IMG/VR virus record: IMGVR_UViG_3300028805_000076 | Location: 8,165 to 72,164 of that record | Reading direction: 5' to 3' (one strand) | Source of the DNA: a virus | Lineage: Duplodnaviria; Heunggongvirae; Uroviricota; Caudoviricetes | DNA: 64,000 bases | Shown here: positions 62,428-64,000 of the stretch, in pieces | Numbering within the stretch: position 1 is the stretch's first letter | Layout: each line of letters begins with the position of its first letter | Program-made: the position numbers and the translations under genes | Notes under the pieces: generated by a model | Database searches by the model: none | Told to the model about the DNA's origin: nothing | Seen by the model: only the letters and a program-made list of their open reading frames with translations

Positions 62428-64000
62428 ATGTCAAATTCTATTGTACAACAAAAACTTTTGCAATTCTTAAGAACTAAAAACATTTATGCTAATAGAATTG
62501 CAGCAACACAAGCCTTAATGTCTTTAACACCAGCAGTATTTGGGGACAAAGATTGTGATGGTGCACCTATTCTTGCCCGATATAAAGATGATGAAGGTCA
62601 AATTAAGACTGTTATTGGTGTATGCTACTATGAAAATGGTAAGTTCTCAGTAACTGTATATGACGATGGTTCAGATTATTATGAGGAACTTGCAGAAATG
62701 CTCAACCAAGTCATTGATAGTGTTGGACTTGAAGTTGTTGACGATGTAATCACCTATGTCGCTGACCCAAACTGTGAATTGATTGCTAATGCAAATACTG
62801 TAAAGGAAGCAATTGATATACTAGGCAACACGCTCGAAGATTTGGAATACAAGATTGAAGAAATTGAACCCGAATCTGGTGAAACAGAAGTATATAAGAA
62901 GTATCAATTAATTGATAACGAAGGATTTGGACACGGCACAATTTCAATTCCTAAGGATAAGTTCCTTGAAAAAGCTGAATTGGTTCAAAGATACCAAAAG
63001 GATGGGAAATGGATTGAGGAACCAGCTTTGGAATTAACATTTGTACTTGCTGATGGTTCGACCGAAATTGTTGACATCCCTATCAAGGACTTGATTGATA
63101 CTACAGATATTGCTTCAGATAAAGAGTTGAAGGCTGTTGAAGATGCTATTGGCGGTGAGTATGATGCTGAAAATAATGTGTTCAATCTTGATATGGATGG
63201 TCAAGTTATTGGCGATGCAACAACTGTTGTTGAAGCACTTGAAGCACTTGACTTGAAGATGAGTGAGCAAAGTGGTATTACACCTATTTCGGTTGATACA
63301 AGTGGTGGAACAATATCGCTTAACTATAATGATTGTGAATTAGCTGGTCTCCAAGTGAACGAAGAAAAGCTTGATGTATCATTTGATTTCGGAACATTCG
63401 AATATGACATAGTTGTCGCAGAATCTGCTGATGATATTGATGCTATTGACAATCCTAATGAAACTATTCTTATTTTGAACAGTCAAGATGGCGTTTCAGC
63501 ATTGGCAAACAAGACTTTCAAGTCAATCACATATAAGGATGATGCAATTGAAGCTGATTCAAGGATGAATGTTTCTGATAGCTTGACTTTGGATAATGTT
63601 ACTGTGGAAGGACCAAAGGGTACTTCAAACGGTGCTTTGTTGTATACAGCTCCAGTAGTAAACATCAACAATTCTTCTGTTAAAAGCGGTTCTACGGTAT
63701 ACAATGTATTCGAACAATTGTCAAATGGTCCAGAACTTACTGAATTCAATGCAAACCACGTTATCGTTGATAATACAGATTTGAAGCATAACGTATTCAA
63801 TATTTATAAGGTAGCTAACGATGCAGTAATTACTATTAAGAATAGCTACTTCAATATGGATATGAACAATTCAAATGCTTTGAGACTTGCTAACTATACA
63901 AACTCAACTGGTGTAACAGTTGTATTTGAAAATGTAGGTTGGACATATGAAAATGCTTCTTATACCGCAAGTAGCCTTGATTGGGCTGGACTTGTAATAT
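62428..64000 (+). CDS. large structural-like protein (5' partial; runs off the window end)
   Basis: open frame from ATG 62428 to the window end (>520 codons), absent from the ORF track because there is no stop; S/T/N-rich segments are beta-helix-like. Confidence 0.4.
   Translation, partial: MSNSIVQQKLLQFLRTKNIYANRIAATQALMSLTPAVFGDKDCDGAPILARYKDDEGQIKTVIGVCYYENGKFSVTVYDDGSDYYEELAEMLNQVIDSVGLEVVDDVITYVADPNCELIANANTVKEAIDILGNTLEDLEYKIEEIEPESGETEVYKKYQLIDNEGFGHGTISIPKDKFLEKAELVQRYQKDGKWIEEPALELTFVLADGSTEIVDIPIKDLIDTTDIASDKELKAVEDAIGGEYDAENNVFNLDMDGQVIGDATTVVEALEALDLKMSEQSGITPISVDTSGGTISLNYNDCELAGLQVNEEKLDVSFDFGTFEYDIVVAESADDIDAIDNPNETILILNSQDGVSALANKTFKSITYKDDAIEADSRMNVSDSLTLDNVTVEGPKGTSNGALLYTAPVVNINNSSVKSGSTVYNVFEQLSNGPELTEFNANHVIVDNTDLKHNVFNIYKVANDAVITIKNSYFNMDMNNSNALRLANYTNSTGVTVVFENVGWTYENASYTASSLDWAGLVI

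Noticed and set aside
1-64000. genome-wide stop-codon reassignment (TAG or TGA recoding)
   Set aside because: Long ORFs (up to 2378 codons) terminate with standard stops, and only one in-frame TAG was found (34125-34127); treated as a local event.

Overview
The window is an AT-rich phage (or prophage-like) segment with Bacteroidota-style expression signals. Intergenic regions repeatedly carry the Bacteroides sigma-70 '-7' box TAnnTTTG: on the minus strand (seen as gcaaagata on the plus strand) immediately upstream of most minus-strand genes, and on the plus strand as the extended repeat TATCTTTGCAGCGAGGGAA. Gene blocks run plus (28-5818), minus (5979-40931), plus (41058-49124), then mixed to the end.

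Confidently recognisable content:
- A tRNA-Leu(UAA) gene split at U34/A35 by a 781-nt group-I-like intron that encodes an HNH endonuclease.
- An intact tRNA-Gln(UUG).
- Two tandem class-II tRNA-like genes with atypical anticodon loops.
- HNH and GIY-YIG homing-endonuclease-like genes.
- An SF2 DExH ATPase, a SprT-like HExxH peptidase, a NAPRTase-family (NAD salvage) enzyme, a calcineurin-like phosphoesterase and an SPFH/band-7 lipoprotein.
- An RNA-repair-like module: an Rnl2-type RNA ligase, a small KxDG nucleotidyltransferase and a P-loop polynucleotide-kinase-like gene.
- A protein carrying a 154-aa mini-intein.
- A T4 gp19-like tail tube protein, and a GNAT/ABC-ATPase gene pair.
- Two duplicated BspA-type LRR cassettes.
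- A 2378-aa giant protein made of three tandem ~820-aa modules (an unknown Cys/His domain followed by KWG-like beta-propeller repeats).

An unusually large share of the window is repeats:
- an 18-bp perfect palindrome GGTACTTAATTAAGTACC, in 8 copies;
- a ~70-nt promoter-plus-leader module, in at least 6 copies;
- a nine-member family of small proteins in two arrays;
- a four-member tandem family whose fourth copy has an in-frame TAG;
- segmental duplications.

Three regions lack convincing ORFs:
- a ~1-kb GC-enriched stretch next to tRNA-Gln, a candidate large structured RNA;
- a ~0.6-kb poly-C/poly-G low-complexity region at 26803-27391;
- short palindrome-plus-terminator units.

Most other ORFs are hypothetical. 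Many ORF-track entries that lie antisense inside larger genes were judged spurious.
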